Shown: piece by piece, positions 47,504 through 56,891 of the stretch | Position numbering within the stretch: position 1 is the first letter of the stretch | Layout: each line of letters starts with the position of its first letter | NCBI GenBank assembly: GCA_964446635.1 | Contig: CAYUPJ010000001.1 | Location: 1-56,891, forward strand | Length of the DNA: 56,891 nucleotides | Source of the DNA: an uncultured Anaerolineae bacterium | GTDB taxonomy: Bacteria; Chloroflexota; Anaerolineae; VGOG01 | Direction of reading: 5' to 3' | Notes under the pieces: generated by a model | Told to the model about the DNA's origin: nothing | What the model saw: the letters and a program-made list of their open reading frames with translations, nothing else | Database searches by the model: none | Program-made: the position numbers and the translations under genes

Positions 47504-50005
47504 ATGAGTCCCCGTCGCTGGTGGGCTGCTGCTCTTCTAATTGTACTGGTGGGTGTCGTCAGTTCGATTTACATCATTACCGCCTTCGCCACGGCCGACG
47601 GACGCCCGGTGGCGCCTTTGGACGATGCGTACATCACCTATCAATACGCCCGTCAGATCGCGCGGGGCTATCCCTACCAGTACAACGACGGGGATCCCCC
47701 GACGACGGGGATGACCAGCCCACTGTTCGGTTTCCTGCTGGCAGGGGTTTACCTCTTGGGCTTTACTGGCGAGCGGCTCGTCGCTTTCGCTGTGGGAGCA
47801 GGCGTGCTCTGGCTGGTACTGATCGCCTGGCTGACTTATCGCCTGACTTCCCATCTGACAACCGATACAGGCTGGTCACTGATTGCAGCCGTTCTCGTCC
47901 TCCTCAGTGGCCCGGTGCAGTGGGGATGCTTCAACGGGATGGAGACGGGGTTCTTCACCGTGCTGACCCTGGCTGCCCTGGACGCTTTCCTGGCCGGGCG
48001 AACCGCCTGGTGCGCTCTGTGGTTGGGCCTGACGGGGCTCACCCGACCCGAGGGCCTGATCCTGATCGGGTTGATTTGGGTGGTGACCCTGACGAAGGGC
48101 CTCCTCAACTCCGGCGTCGTTCGTCGGAAACAGATGGGCATTCTTTCAGTGGCGGTTGCGGTGGGACTCGTGCCTCTTCTCATCAATTGGACGCTTACCG
48201 GCACAACCGCCGCATCAGGCCTCCAGGCCAAGTCCTGGTGGTTTAACGTTCCTTTCTATCCGGTGGACATCATCCGCTTCATCTTTGGTTTCTACGGACG
48301 GATTATCGTTCGCTTCCTGGGGTGGGAATCCCCTGCCCGCTGGTTCGCGCCGCCCGGCTTCCTCTTGCTCTCTATCCTGGGGTGGGTCAGCCTGGGGATG
48401 CGACGCCGCTGGACGGCGCTGGCCGTGACCGCTTTGTGGTTCCTGGTGGGCACGTTGTCCACCGCCACCTTGATCACAGCCACCTGGCATCTGGGCCGCT
48501 ATCAGGTCCCGTTTGTGCCGCTGGTCATCGTTCTGACGGTCTGTGGCCTGACATTCTTCTCCGGTCGAGCGGTGCAATGGTGGCCACGCGTCCTGTTGGG
48601 GTTGGCGACGCTCCTGCTATTGAGCTTCTCCATATACGGAAGCCTGAGTCTTGTGCGCTCCTATCGTAGCGCAGTTGGCACGATGGTTCGACAGCAACTG
48701 GCAGTTGTGGAATGGCTGCAGGAGAATCTGCCTCCTGATGCCCGCGTGGGCGTCCATGACATCGGCAGTCTGCGTTACCTCGGCCAGCGGGCAACTTATG
48801 ATCTGATCGGCCTGACGACAGCAGATGCCGCCATCGCCTGGCGGCACGGCGCGGGGAGCGTGTTTGAACTGATGGAACACTCGCCCATGCGTCCCGACTA
48901 CTTCGCCATCTATCCGGACATCTTCTTCATCCCCTACCTGGCGGCAACTGATCTGTTCGCCGACGAGTTGTTTCGAGTGGAGGTGCCCGACTACTCCGGC
49001 GTCACCAGTGCCGGCCCGGTCCAGGGGGTGTGGCGGGCCGACTGGCACCTGACCGATACTTCGACTGGGCTCAGTACAAGCAGCGGTGAGCAGTTCTACC
49101 AACCTGATGTCCGGGAACGAACAGCCGGCTTCAGGCTGGTAGATAGGCTGGACGTGGCCGATCTCGATGACGAGGCGGCCCACGGCGTGAAGTGGTGGCA
49201 CGATGCCCGCCCTTCCGGTTGGCCCACTGAGGTGTGGCAATTGACCTACCGCGACCCCCCTGATCGAGAAGTGCTGGACGGTGGGCGGTTGTTGACCGGC
49301 GGCGTATCCTTCGAGGTGGCGACCAGGCCCGGTGAGCCGCTGCAGATCGTGGCTCGGCTGCACGCTCAGGAGGCAGGAGCGGTGCGGGTGGAAGTGAGCG
49401 GACGGGACTTGGGGCGCTGGGCCTATCCTGCCGTGCCGGGCCAGTGGCTGGAGACGGTGTTCTGGGTGCCGGCCGAGGCCATCACCAGCTCTCAGACGCG
49501 CGTCGTGCTGCGGGTGGACGCGTCCAACCCGGACTTTCGCTACTACGCCCCCTATCACTTCTGGTTCCTGCAGGGGGAAGTAGAGATCGTGCACCGATTA
49601 GAGGTCACTTTTGACGGGGGGTTCCGCCTGGTAGGCTTCGACCTGCCGGAGCGAGCCTGGCATCCCGGCGATGTGATGCTAGTGACGCTCTACTGGCAGG
49701 TCACCGCGCCGACCCAGAGTGAGGCCAAGGTTTTCCTCCACCTGTACGACGCCGATGGCCGCCTGGGTCCTCAATCCGACGGCTGGGCCTTTCACGGCAC
49801 CCGCCCTCCCCACACCTGGTACCCAGGCGAGGTCGTGATTGATCCCCGGCCCCTGGCCTTGCCAGCGGACCTGCGGCCAGGTCAGTATTCGCTGGAGGTG
49901 GGCCTGTACAACCCCGATGGGGTAGTGCGGCTTGCGGCCTACCTCAACGGTGTTCGTCAACACGAGGACCGGGTACCTTTGACAGTGATCGAGGTCATGG
50001 AGTAG
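47504..50005 (+). CDS. GT-C-like polytopic membrane protein with extracytoplasmic C-terminal domain
   Basis: ATG 47504. Many TM helices, DDAYITYQYA motif near the N-terminus. The C-terminal domain is shared with the 51297-53345 protein. Confidence 0.65.
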   Translation: MSPRRWWAAALLIVLVGVVSSIYIITAFATADGRPVAPLDDAYITYQYARQIARGYPYQYNDGDPPTTGMTSPLFGFLLAGVYLLGFTGERLVAFAVGAGVLWLVLIAWLTYRLTSHLTTDTGWSLIAAVLVLLSGPVQWGCFNGMETGFFTVLTLAALDAFLAGRTAWCALWLGLTGLTRPEGLILIGLIWVVTLTKGLLNSGVVRRKQMGILSVAVAVGLVPLLINWTLTGTTAASGLQAKSWWFNVPFYPVDIIRFIFGFYGRIIVRFLGWESPARWFAPPGFLLLSILGWVSLGMRRRWTALAVTALWFLVGTLSTATLITATWHLGRYQVPFVPLVIVLTVCGLTFFSGRAVQWWPRVLLGLATLLLLSFSIYGSLSLVRSYRSAVGTMVRQQLAVVEWLQENLPPDARVGVHDIGSLRYLGQRATYDLIGLTTADAAIAWRHGAGSVFELMEHSPMRPDYFAIYPDIFFIPYLAATDLFADELFRVEVPDYSGVTSAGPVQGVWRADWHLTDTSTGLSTSSGEQFYQPDVRERTAGFRLVDRLDVADLDDEAAHGVKWWHDARPSGWPTEVWQLTYRDPPDREVLDGGRLLTGGVSFEVATRPGEPLQIVARLHAQEAGAVRVEVSGRDLGRWAYPAVPGQWLETVFWVPAEAITSSQTRVVLRVDASNPDFRYYAPYHFWFLQGEVEIVHRLEVTFDGGFRLVGFDLPERAWHPGDVMLVTLYWQVTAPTQSEAKVFLHLYDADGRLGPQSDGWAFHGTRPPHTWYPGEVVIDPRPLALPADLRPGQYSLEVGLYNPDGVVRLAAYLNGVRQHEDRVPLTVIEVME
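49060..49080 (+). repeat. Dispersed core repeat copy in-frame in the membrane-protein CDS
   Basis: ttcgactgggctcagtacaag encodes TSTGLSTS. With flank tgaccgatac it is 29/31 identical to 50743-50773. Confidence 0.8.
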
Positions 50006-50006
50006 A

Positions 50007-51275
50007 ATGCGCATCGTATTGATCAGCGGTGAGTTCCCGCCCCTGCAAGGCGGGGTGGGGGATTTCACCAACGAACTGGGTAAGGCGCTGGCAGAACTGG
50101 GCCACGAAGTTCACGTGATCACCAGTGCCTCAAACAACACGCAACCCTGTCCTGAGCGAAGCCGAAGGAACGCAACACGCAACACGATAATTGTCCATCG
50201 CAGTGTCCACGGCTGGGGCTGGGCCTCTTGGCGACGCATCATCCAGCTTCTGAGCGAGATCCGCCCCGACATCATCAATATCCAATATCAAACGGCAGCC
50301 TATGGGATGCATCCGTCCATCAACTTTCTGCCCCTGCACCTGCGAATGAGTAGCCATCCGTTTATCCGTTACGCCCATCCGTTGACCACCTTCCACGACC
50401 TGAAAGTGCCCTACCTCTTTCCCAAGGCTGGCCCCCTACGCTGGTGGGTGAACCTGGCCCTGGCCCGCTGGAGCGATGCGGCCATCGTCACCAACGCCGA
50501 GGACTTCGCCAGACTGTCAACTTATTCGTTTATCCGTTCCCTATCGCTGATCCCCATCGGCTCGAACATCAGCCCTGAACCTCCGGCAGGCTATGATCGA
50601 GAGGCTTGGCGAGTCAACCGGGGACTGAAACCCGATGATCTCTTGTTGTCTTACTTCGGCTTCCTCAACGAGAGCAAAGGAGCCGAAACCCTGGTCCGTG
50701 CCCTGGGTAGGCTGGTGCAAAGAAGATACGACGCGCAGTCAGTGACCAATACTTCGACAGGGCTCAGTACAAGTCTCCAATCTCCAATCTCCAATATCCA
50801 ACTAATGATGGTGGGAGGCAAGGTGGGCTCCAGCGATCCTACCAACGTGGCCTATCTGAAGAAAATCGTCGGTTTGATCGAAGAGCTGGGCCTGACGGAT
50901 AGGGTGCTTTGGACAGGTTACACTTCCCAGCCCGAGGTTTCGGCCAACCTCCTGGCCTCCGATATCTGCGTCCTCCCCTACCGGGACGGGGCCTCCTTCC
51001 GACGGGGAAGCTTCATGGCGGCCTTGGCCCATGGCCTGCCTATCGTCAGCACCTGGCCACGAGTTGATGTGCCAGAGTTACGGCATGGGGAGAACATCCT
51101 CCTCGTTCCCCCCGACGCCCCCGTCGCGCTGGCCGAGGCGGTCGCCAGGCTGGCCGAGGATGCCAGGCTGCGGCGACGCCTGGGTGAGGGGGCCGCCAGA
51201 TTGGCCCAGGACTTCACCTGGGGGAAGATCGCCGAGAAGACAAAGGCACTTTATGAAGAACCCCTGGGCCATTAA
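50007..51275 (+). CDS. Family 4 (GT-B) glycosyltransferase
   Basis: GGVGDFTNELGKALAELGHEVHVIT...EGFGLV-type C-terminal region. Has two repeat-derived inserts. Confidence 0.85.
   Translation: MRIVLISGEFPPLQGGVGDFTNELGKALAELGHEVHVITSASNNTQPCPERSRRNATRNTIIVHRSVHGWGWASWRRIIQLLSEIRPDIINIQYQTAAYGMHPSINFLPLHLRMSSHPFIRYAHPLTTFHDLKVPYLFPKAGPLRWWVNLALARWSDAAIVTNAEDFARLSTYSFIRSLSLIPIGSNISPEPPAGYDREAWRVNRGLKPDDLLLSYFGFLNESKGAETLVRALGRLVQRRYDAQSVTNTSTGLSTSLQSPISNIQLMMVGGKVGSSDPTNVAYLKKIVGLIEELGLTDRVLWTGYTSQPEVSANLLASDICVLPYRDGASFRRGSFMAALAHGLPIVSTWPRVDVPELRHGENILLVPPDAPVALAEAVARLAEDARLRRRLGEGAARLAQDFTWGKIAEKTKALYEEPLGH
50133..50186 (+). repeat. Composite repeat in the GT4 CDS: ACGCAAC-type flanks around a minus-orientation core (50146-50166)
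   Basis: Exactly 54 nt and codon-aligned, encoding NNTQPCPERSRRNATRNT. Core is cctgtcctgagcgaagccgaa. Flanks are acgcaac ... cgcaacacgcaacacg. Confidence 0.75.
50743..50801 (+). repeat. Core repeat copy (50753-50773) followed by a (TCTCCAA)x4 heptamer array in the GT4 CDS
   Basis: tgaccaatacttcgacagggctcagtacaag tctccaa tctccaa tctccaa tatccaa, encoding TNTSTGLSTSLQSPISNIQ. Confidence 0.8.
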
Positions 51276-51296
51276 CAGAAGTGGAGATTTCCCTAA

Positions 51297-53345
51297 GTGA
51301 AAGAAGGTCCACTGATGCAGGAGATAAGTGAACCGTCTTTGCGCGCCAACCAACTGCTCCGCAGCTCAGGGGATTCATTTTGCGGGAGAACCCCTCTATA
51401 CCTCAGGGCATCACCTATCGTGGCTCTCCTCATCGTCCTTGCCGTAGGCGCCGGTTTCCGATTCTTTAACCTTGGCCTTGTGCGTCATAGCTACGATGAT
51501 AGCTACCCAATCTACGAGGCGCTCCGCATCCTCGATGGGCATAAGCTGCTGCTCACTGGGCAGCCGTCTTCTGTCTTCCTGGATAATCCTCCTCTGATGA
51601 GCTATCTGCAGGCGATTCCGCTCCTGGTCTGGCGGTCTCCCTGGGCAGTATACATCTTCATCACTGCACTCAACACTATTGCGATATGGTTTGTGTACCG
51701 ATCAGCACAACAGCTTCTTGGGAATGCTGTCGGATTACTATCAGCATTTTTGTTCGCCATCAACCCGTGGGTGGTCTACTTCAGTCGCACTACCTGGGTA
51801 CAGGCATTGATACCCTTTTTCACAGCCCTCATCGCCTGGGGGCTGTGGCCGACCATCGCGACGGAACACCGTTCTCCATCCCGTGTGCTGGTTGCGGGAT
51901 TGGCAGTGACAGCGATGATGCAAACTTATATCCAGGCCTGGGGAGTGCTGGTGCAGACAGGGCCATTGGTGACTCTGTTCCGCCGCAGAATTCCTCGCCG
52001 AGCGCTCTATGTGGGAATCTCCATCTTCGCTCTGGCCCTGGTAGTGTACGGCGGCGGCCTATCAGAGAGATGGGAAACGAACCGCACTAAATTACTGGGA
52101 TTCCTCTCCAAAGGCGAGCTTCGCCTGACACGAGAAGGGTTGGACCACGCCGTCCGACTTGTTACCGGGCGAGACTTCGAGTACGTCTACGGCTGGGGGG
52201 AAACGAGGGAATACAATCTTCGACGGGCATCCTCATTGGCGGTACACTACCTGTTAGGTGCAGCATTGATTACTGGAGTGACACGTGCCGTGATAGAGTT
52301 GCGGCGACGAGGAAGAGGTCAGCGGACTGCGGTGGTGCTACTGGTCTGGTTTGCCGTGCCAATCTTGCTGGCGAGCATCTCTGCCTATCCTGTACACCCA
52401 CACTATCTTCTGCTAAGCTGCCCGGCAGGTCATATGCTGGCTGCGTGGGGAATCTCACCACTGTTGCACCGCAAGGGGCTACGGTGGATCGTGATCTTTA
52501 TTCTGTTGGTTATCGCTATCCTGTTTGGATTCAATCTCTATCAAGCCAGCGAGGAAGTAGCCACCAGACCAACGGGACCAGAGTTTAACGACTGGGCTCT
52601 AGGAGCGGGCGCCAAAATGGGAGCTGCTGTGCGCGATTTATCCAAGGGCGATGGCTACCCTCAAAGAATCTGCGCCAAAGGGCATGAGACACTGCTCAGC
52701 AGCCTGAGCGGAACCTACCTAACAACTCTGGGAGAAATCGACTTTCCGAACTATGTACTTCTGCCGGGCGAGGACCCGCTGTTGTATGTATTGGTCAACA
52801 CTGTCCCTGAGCCAGAGGCCCTGGGACCGTTACAAGAATCATTTCCTGAACACGACATTATATTTGCTGACGGTACCCGTGTTTCCTTCCTTCGAGCGTT
52901 GCCATACAGTCGGGACAGGGCCCTTGCGCTGCCGGATGCGGTTCTTGACTGGCCCAGTGAAGCTGGGCTAACAATGCTGGGCTACAGTCTAAACGCGGCA
53001 GTCCGGCCCGGCCAACCGATTCACTGCACAACGTATTGGCGTGTCGAAGAACTGCGTCCAGGGCGAGAGGAATGGTACATTGATGCCTTCTACCATCTGT
53101 TGGACCAGGCTGGTCAGATCATTACGAACGTCGGTGGACACGGTCAGTGGGGCTACCACTGGCAGCTCGGTGACGTGTATGTGGATCGAGTGAGCATTCC
53201 GGTCCCGGCCGATCTGGCTCCAGGAGAGTATCGGATCGAGATTGGCCTCTTTGATTGCATTCACACGCGCAATTATCCCCTGCGTTCGCCCGACGGCCCG
53301 ATCTACGCGGTGGTCGTTCCCGTCACGGTTGAGAAAGCGGACTGA
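51297..53345 (+). CDS. GT39/PMT_2-like membrane glycosyltransferase
   Basis: Polytopic N-terminal region plus a C-terminal domain (LTMLGYSL...TTYWRVEE...EYRIEIGLFD) paralogous to the C-terminus of 47504-50005. Start uncertain (GTG 51297 or ATG 51315). Confidence 0.65.
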   Translation: MKEGPLMQEISEPSLRANQLLRSSGDSFCGRTPLYLRASPIVALLIVLAVGAGFRFFNLGLVRHSYDDSYPIYEALRILDGHKLLLTGQPSSVFLDNPPLMSYLQAIPLLVWRSPWAVYIFITALNTIAIWFVYRSAQQLLGNAVGLLSAFLFAINPWVVYFSRTTWVQALIPFFTALIAWGLWPTIATEHRSPSRVLVAGLAVTAMMQTYIQAWGVLVQTGPLVTLFRRRIPRRALYVGISIFALALVVYGGGLSERWETNRTKLLGFLSKGELRLTREGLDHAVRLVTGRDFEYVYGWGETREYNLRRASSLAVHYLLGAALITGVTRAVIELRRRGRGQRTAVVLLVWFAVPILLASISAYPVHPHYLLLSCPAGHMLAAWGISPLLHRKGLRWIVIFILLVIAILFGFNLYQASEEVATRPTGPEFNDWALGAGAKMGAAVRDLSKGDGYPQRICAKGHETLLSSLSGTYLTTLGEIDFPNYVLLPGEDPLLYVLVNTVPEPEALGPLQESFPEHDIIFADGTRVSFLRALPYSRDRALALPDAVLDWPSEAGLTMLGYSLNAAVRPGQPIHCTTYWRVEELRPGREEWYIDAFYHLLDQAGQIITNVGGHGQWGYHWQLGDVYVDRVSIPVPADLAPGEYRIEIGLFDCIHTRNYPLRSPDGPIYAVVVPVTVEKAD

Positions 53346-53420
53346 AATGGAATAATGTGAACATATTCGCTTATACACCGTCAGCAAAAATTGCCTGTCC
53401 CTTTTGAGGAGGAGGACAAC

Positions 53421-56400
53421 ATGAAAAGAGCGCTCAATTTCACCTCAGGCTCGGCCGTGGCCCTGGTTCTGCTGATTGCCTTGGCTGCGCAGTTCATATC
53501 CGGTGCGCCACCGGACCGAGAACAGTCGGCTGCCTCGGTTGCGCCGCGAGGCTCAGGGAGGACCCTTGTCGTCACCAGCACCGCTGATAGCGGCCCCGGC
53601 ACCCTGCGCCAGGCATTGCTGGACGCACAGAGCGGCGACACCATCACTTTCGATCCAGCGGTCTTTCCGCCAACCAGCCCGATGATTATCACCCTCACCA
53701 GCAGCCTGCCAGAGCTCAGCCAAGGCAACCTCACCATTGACGCCAGCAACGCCGGAGTGATCCTGGACGGCAGCAACATCGGCACCACGCCGGAGACGTT
53801 GCTTCTGGACGATGTCAGCCTGACGCTGGACGGCGGGCCAAACCTCATCGCCAACGGCGACTTCACCGCTGGCCTGGGACACTGGCGGCCCTGGGATGGT
53901 GCTCCCGGCACGACGCGTAGCCTCAACAGCAGCGACTTTACTTCGTCGCCCTACAGCTATCAGTGGAGTAGCGTGGCCCACGCTGGCGAGAGCTACACAG
54001 TGTACGACACCACCGATACGAGCGACCCCTTCGATGGGTGGCCCTATAATCACCCCTTTTATAACGGCAGCACGGTCTGGATATCCGCAACAGGTGGCAG
54101 CACAGTCGAGTTGCGCTTCTGGTACAGACATAGACCAGTAATGGCCAGGTTGCACGCTTTGTTCTCAGATGGCCATGAAGAGGGGATCGGTGAATGGTGG
54201 TTCGACTGGCAGGTCGACTGGACAGAGGTGGCTACCAGCCAGACCCTGCCAGCCAATGCTGTGGGCGTAGCCTTGGAGTTGCGCTTCGCACACTCAGAAT
54301 TCTATACCAGTGGATTATCAATAAGATCCGATGGGAACACCATCTGGGGTTTGCAGGTCATCCACTTCCCCGGCGCAGGAATCGCCTTGTGGCACCGCAC
54401 CCGAAACAACACGATTGGTGGAGACCGAGGTGTCAGCGCCGGGCCGTTGGGCCAGGGCAACCTGATCAGCAGCAATGGAGACATTGGCGTAGGCCTCATG
54501 GATGCGTCCTTCAACACGATCAGGGGCAACTACATTGGCACTGACCCGAGTGGCACAGTGGCTTTGGGCAACCGCTACTATGGTGTCTACATGAACGGGG
54601 CTAGTCACAACCAGGTGATAGACAACCTGATCAGCGGCAACGGTGGAAGTGGTGTGGTCCTGTGTGGTACTAGTGATACCCACCATAACACCATCAGCGG
54701 CAACTACGTTGGCACGGATGCCAGTGGCATGGCCGCCATCGGCAACGGTGGGAACGGTGTGGCTATCCAGGACGGCGCAAACTACAACCTCATCGGCGGT
54801 GATGCTCCGGATGAGTGCAACCTCATCAGCGGCAATGGCGGTGATGGCGTTTCCATCTTGGGCAGCGGCACAAGGAGCAACACTGTCTCCGGCAACTACA
54901 TTGGCACGGATGCCAGTGGCATGGCCGCCATCGGCAACGGTGGGAACGGTGTGGCTATCCAGGACGGCGCAAACTACAACCTCATCGGCGGTGATGCTCC
55001 GGATGAGTGCAACCTCATCAGCGGCAATGGCGGTGATGGCGTTTCCATCTTGGGCAGCGGCACAAGGAGCAACACTGTCTCCGGCAACTACATTGGCACC
55101 GACGCCAGCGGCCTAAACGTCCTGGGCAATCATATCAGTGGTATCTCCATCAGTGGGGGCGCCAGCTATAACGTCATCGGCCCTGACAACATCATCGCCT
55201 ATAACGGCGAAAATGGCGTGTGCGTGCACAGCCGGAGTTCGCTGGGCAACACCATCACCCAAAACAGCATCCACGACAATGTCGGGATGGGCATTGACTT
55301 GTGGGATGGCGACAACACCGAACTGGCTGCCCCTGTCATCTTCGACTTCGACTTGGGCGCTGGCACTGTAACGGGCGCCACATATGCCAATTGCACAGTC
55401 GAGATCTTTTCCGACAGCAGCGACGAGGGAGAGGTCTACGAAGGCCGGACGACAGCCGACGGCTTAGGTTTTTTCACCTTCAACAAGGGCACTCCCTTCA
55501 CCAGTCCCCGTCTGACTGCCACGGCCACCGACGCCTACGGCAACACCAGCGAATTCTCAGCGCCTACCTCGGGCACACGCAGAGCTCTGATCCTGCAAGA
55601 GGGAAACAATCTGCCTAAAACCCGACTCCGGCCCAAGCGATCGCAAGAACTTGCAGACAACCGCATTGGAAGTATCTGCACCCCGCCCTCGTGCCCACAA
55701 GACGAGAGAACTGTCGCTGATTTTGCCGCGCTAGGCGTGAAGCGGATCCGGTTGTCTCTCAATGAGCTTGATTACGATCAGGTGGAGTGGAGTAAGCCCG
55801 AACTTTACATCGCCCCGGGCGACGATGACTGGATCACTGCCATAGCTAGCAATGGTATAACCATCACCTATGTCCTCAGTTTTTGGGACAAAGCGGACCA
55901 AGCTGGGAGAGAGCACCCAAGCTACCCTACGTTCAAAACAGAAGACCAGATCCAACGCTATCTTGATTACGTGCGCTTTATCGTGCGTCATTTCAAGGAC
56001 CGCGCTCGTTATTTCGCAATATACAACGAACCTGAAAACACAATAGAGGTAGCTGACTATATCAACCTCGCTAGGCGAGCGGTCCCCGTCATTCGCCAGG
56101 AGTATCCAGAGGCGAAAATAGTGGTTGGCGATAACGGTACCTATGGTGGGCCATGTGGATGCAATCCATACGGTCGCAACTACTTATTTAGCATCCTCCG
56201 CTCTGACATCATGCCTCTGGTGGACGAGGTCGCCTGGCATCCCTCGCATGGGGCTGCTCCGGACTGCGACTACTACAGGGAATATTACTACGCATATCCA
56301 TCCCTCGTGCAGGAGATTAAGGATGTGGCTTCCACCCATGGGTTTATCGGAGAGTACAGTGGTACAGAGCTACAATATCGGAATCCAGAGAACTATGATC

Positions 56401-56858
56401 CCGGTGAACCCTGCACACATAGCAAGGTGGTATGTGCCAAATATTATATTCGGGGAATCGTGATGCACCTGGGTATGGATGTTTCTACAGGGGTTGTTGG
56501 AACGTTTACGCATTCAGCGTATTCAGTATCTCTCTGGCCGGTTCGAAACCTATGCACCATCATGGCCGGCGTCAGAGCCATTACCATACCTGTGGAATTG
56601 CAGATCGAGGCCACGAACGTCATGAGCTATGGCTTTTCCCTGCCTAACGGTGACCGCATGTTGGCGCTGTGGACCAACGGCGTGGCAGTCGACGACGACG
56701 CCGGGATAACGTCTACCCTCGTGCTGCCGGGCTTCGCGTGGCATAAGGCGGTCGGCATCGACGTCCTGCACAGCTTCGCGCAACGGATGATAACAAGCAG
56801 TGAAGGCGACAATCTGGTCATCCGTAACCTGCTGGTTAACTTGACATTGTTAAATTAG
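53421..56858 (+). CDS. Secreted right-handed parallel beta-helix repeat protein with C-terminal clan GH-A-like glycoside hydrolase domain
   Basis: Signal peptide MKRALNFTSGSAVALVLLIALAA. Repeated NxISGNxxxG units. FAIYNEPEN motif in the C-terminal domain. RBS gaggagga before ATG 53421. Confidence 0.7.
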   Translation: MKRALNFTSGSAVALVLLIALAAQFISGAPPDREQSAASVAPRGSGRTLVVTSTADSGPGTLRQALLDAQSGDTITFDPAVFPPTSPMIITLTSSLPELSQGNLTIDASNAGVILDGSNIGTTPETLLLDDVSLTLDGGPNLIANGDFTAGLGHWRPWDGAPGTTRSLNSSDFTSSPYSYQWSSVAHAGESYTVYDTTDTSDPFDGWPYNHPFYNGSTVWISATGGSTVELRFWYRHRPVMARLHALFSDGHEEGIGEWWFDWQVDWTEVATSQTLPANAVGVALELRFAHSEFYTSGLSIRSDGNTIWGLQVIHFPGAGIALWHRTRNNTIGGDRGVSAGPLGQGNLISSNGDIGVGLMDASFNTIRGNYIGTDPSGTVALGNRYYGVYMNGASHNQVIDNLISGNGGSGVVLCGTSDTHHNTISGNYVGTDASGMAAIGNGGNGVAIQDGANYNLIGGDAPDECNLISGNGGDGVSILGSGTRSNTVSGNYIGTDASGMAAIGNGGNGVAIQDGANYNLIGGDAPDECNLISGNGGDGVSILGSGTRSNTVSGNYIGTDASGLNVLGNHISGISISGGASYNVIGPDNIIAYNGENGVCVHSRSSLGNTITQNSIHDNVGMGIDLWDGDNTELAAPVIFDFDLGAGTVTGATYANCTVEIFSDSSDEGEVYEGRTTADGLGFFTFNKGTPFTSPRLTATATDAYGNTSEFSAPTSGTRRALILQEGNNLPKTRLRPKRSQELADNRIGSICTPPSCPQDERTVADFAALGVKRIRLSLNELDYDQVEWSKPELYIAPGDDDWITAIASNGITITYVLSFWDKADQAGREHPSYPTFKTEDQIQRYLDYVRFIVRHFKDRARYFAIYNEPENTIEVADYINLARRAVPVIRQEYPEAKIVVGDNGTYGGPCGCNPYGRNYLFSILRSDIMPLVDEVAWHPSHGAAPDCDYYREYYYAYPSLVQEIKDVASTHGFIGEYSGTELQYRNPENYDPGEPCTHSKVVCAKYYIRGIVMHLGMDVSTGVVGTFTHSAYSVSLWPVRNLCTIMAGVRAITIPVELQIEATNVMSYGFSLPNGDRMLALWTNGVAVDDDAGITSTLVLPGFAWHKAVGIDVLHSFAQRMITSSEGDNLVIRNLLVNLTLLN
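54711..55094 (+). repeat. Perfect 192-bp tandem duplication (2 copies) within the beta-helix region
   Basis: 54711-54902 and 54903-55094 read identically by eye. The identity continues 5 nt into the third unit. Confidence 0.85.
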
Positions 56859-56891
56859 ACAAGTGTTCTATTGACGATTGACCAAAATTGT

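Noticed and set aside
48617-49594. 325-aa minus-strand ORF, and the 42203-43102 299-aa minus-strand ORF
   Set aside because: Both are antisense to long plus-strand genes with coherent domain architecture. These are GC-rich shadow frames.
54643-55116. 157-aa alternative-frame ORF with an internally repeated sequence
   Set aside because: It is an out-of-frame reading of the 192-bp tandem duplication inside the beta-helix gene. It is Ala/Thr/Ser low-complexity and has no independent support.

Overview
GC-rich bacterial chromosomal window. The gene content, filament-type repeats and zinc-ribbon r-protein forms suggest a Chloroflexota-like organism, but that is inference only. Layout: (1) 1-1551, two tandem type II toxin-antitoxin pairs (Phd/YefM-PIN, antitoxin-MazF). 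(2) 1548-9875, a LarA-family enzyme, an ECF-type transporter (S, fused A-A', T), a class-III aminotransferase, a URO-D-family protein and an alpha/beta hydrolase. (3) 9861-34944, rpoB with no adjacent rpoC, then a long str/S10/spc/alpha ribosomal supercluster (rpsL-rpsG-fusA-tuf-rpsJ...rplO-secY-map-rpmJ-rpsM-rpsK-rpsD-rpoA-rplQ-truA-rplM-rpsI) that has no adk and no infA. (4) 34995-42288 and 47504-56858, a cell-envelope glycan locus (GDP-mannose dehydratase/reductase, phosphomannomutase, GT2, GT4, two GT-C-like membrane proteins, and a secreted beta-helix/GH-A protein), which also contains three small TA-like ORFs, tatD and a polyprenyl synthase. (5) Inserted in that locus at 42305-47320 is the stand-out feature: a complete diversity-generating retroelement (RT, Avd, TR). 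Its variable repeat is the last 120 nt of a 1013-aa DUF4062-NACHT-FGE/C-type-lectin STAND NTPase, so this is an NLR-like receptor with a hypermutable sensor. 19 of the 20 TR/VR mismatches fall on TR adenines. The window also carries many short repeats: tandem heptamer arrays and a dispersed ~21-nt core found in-frame inside coding genes. Other noted features are paired inverted or direct repeats bracketing single genes inside operons, a tuf gene with different codon usage from its neighbours, and a perfect 192-bp tandem duplication. No rRNA, tRNA or CRISPR array was seen.
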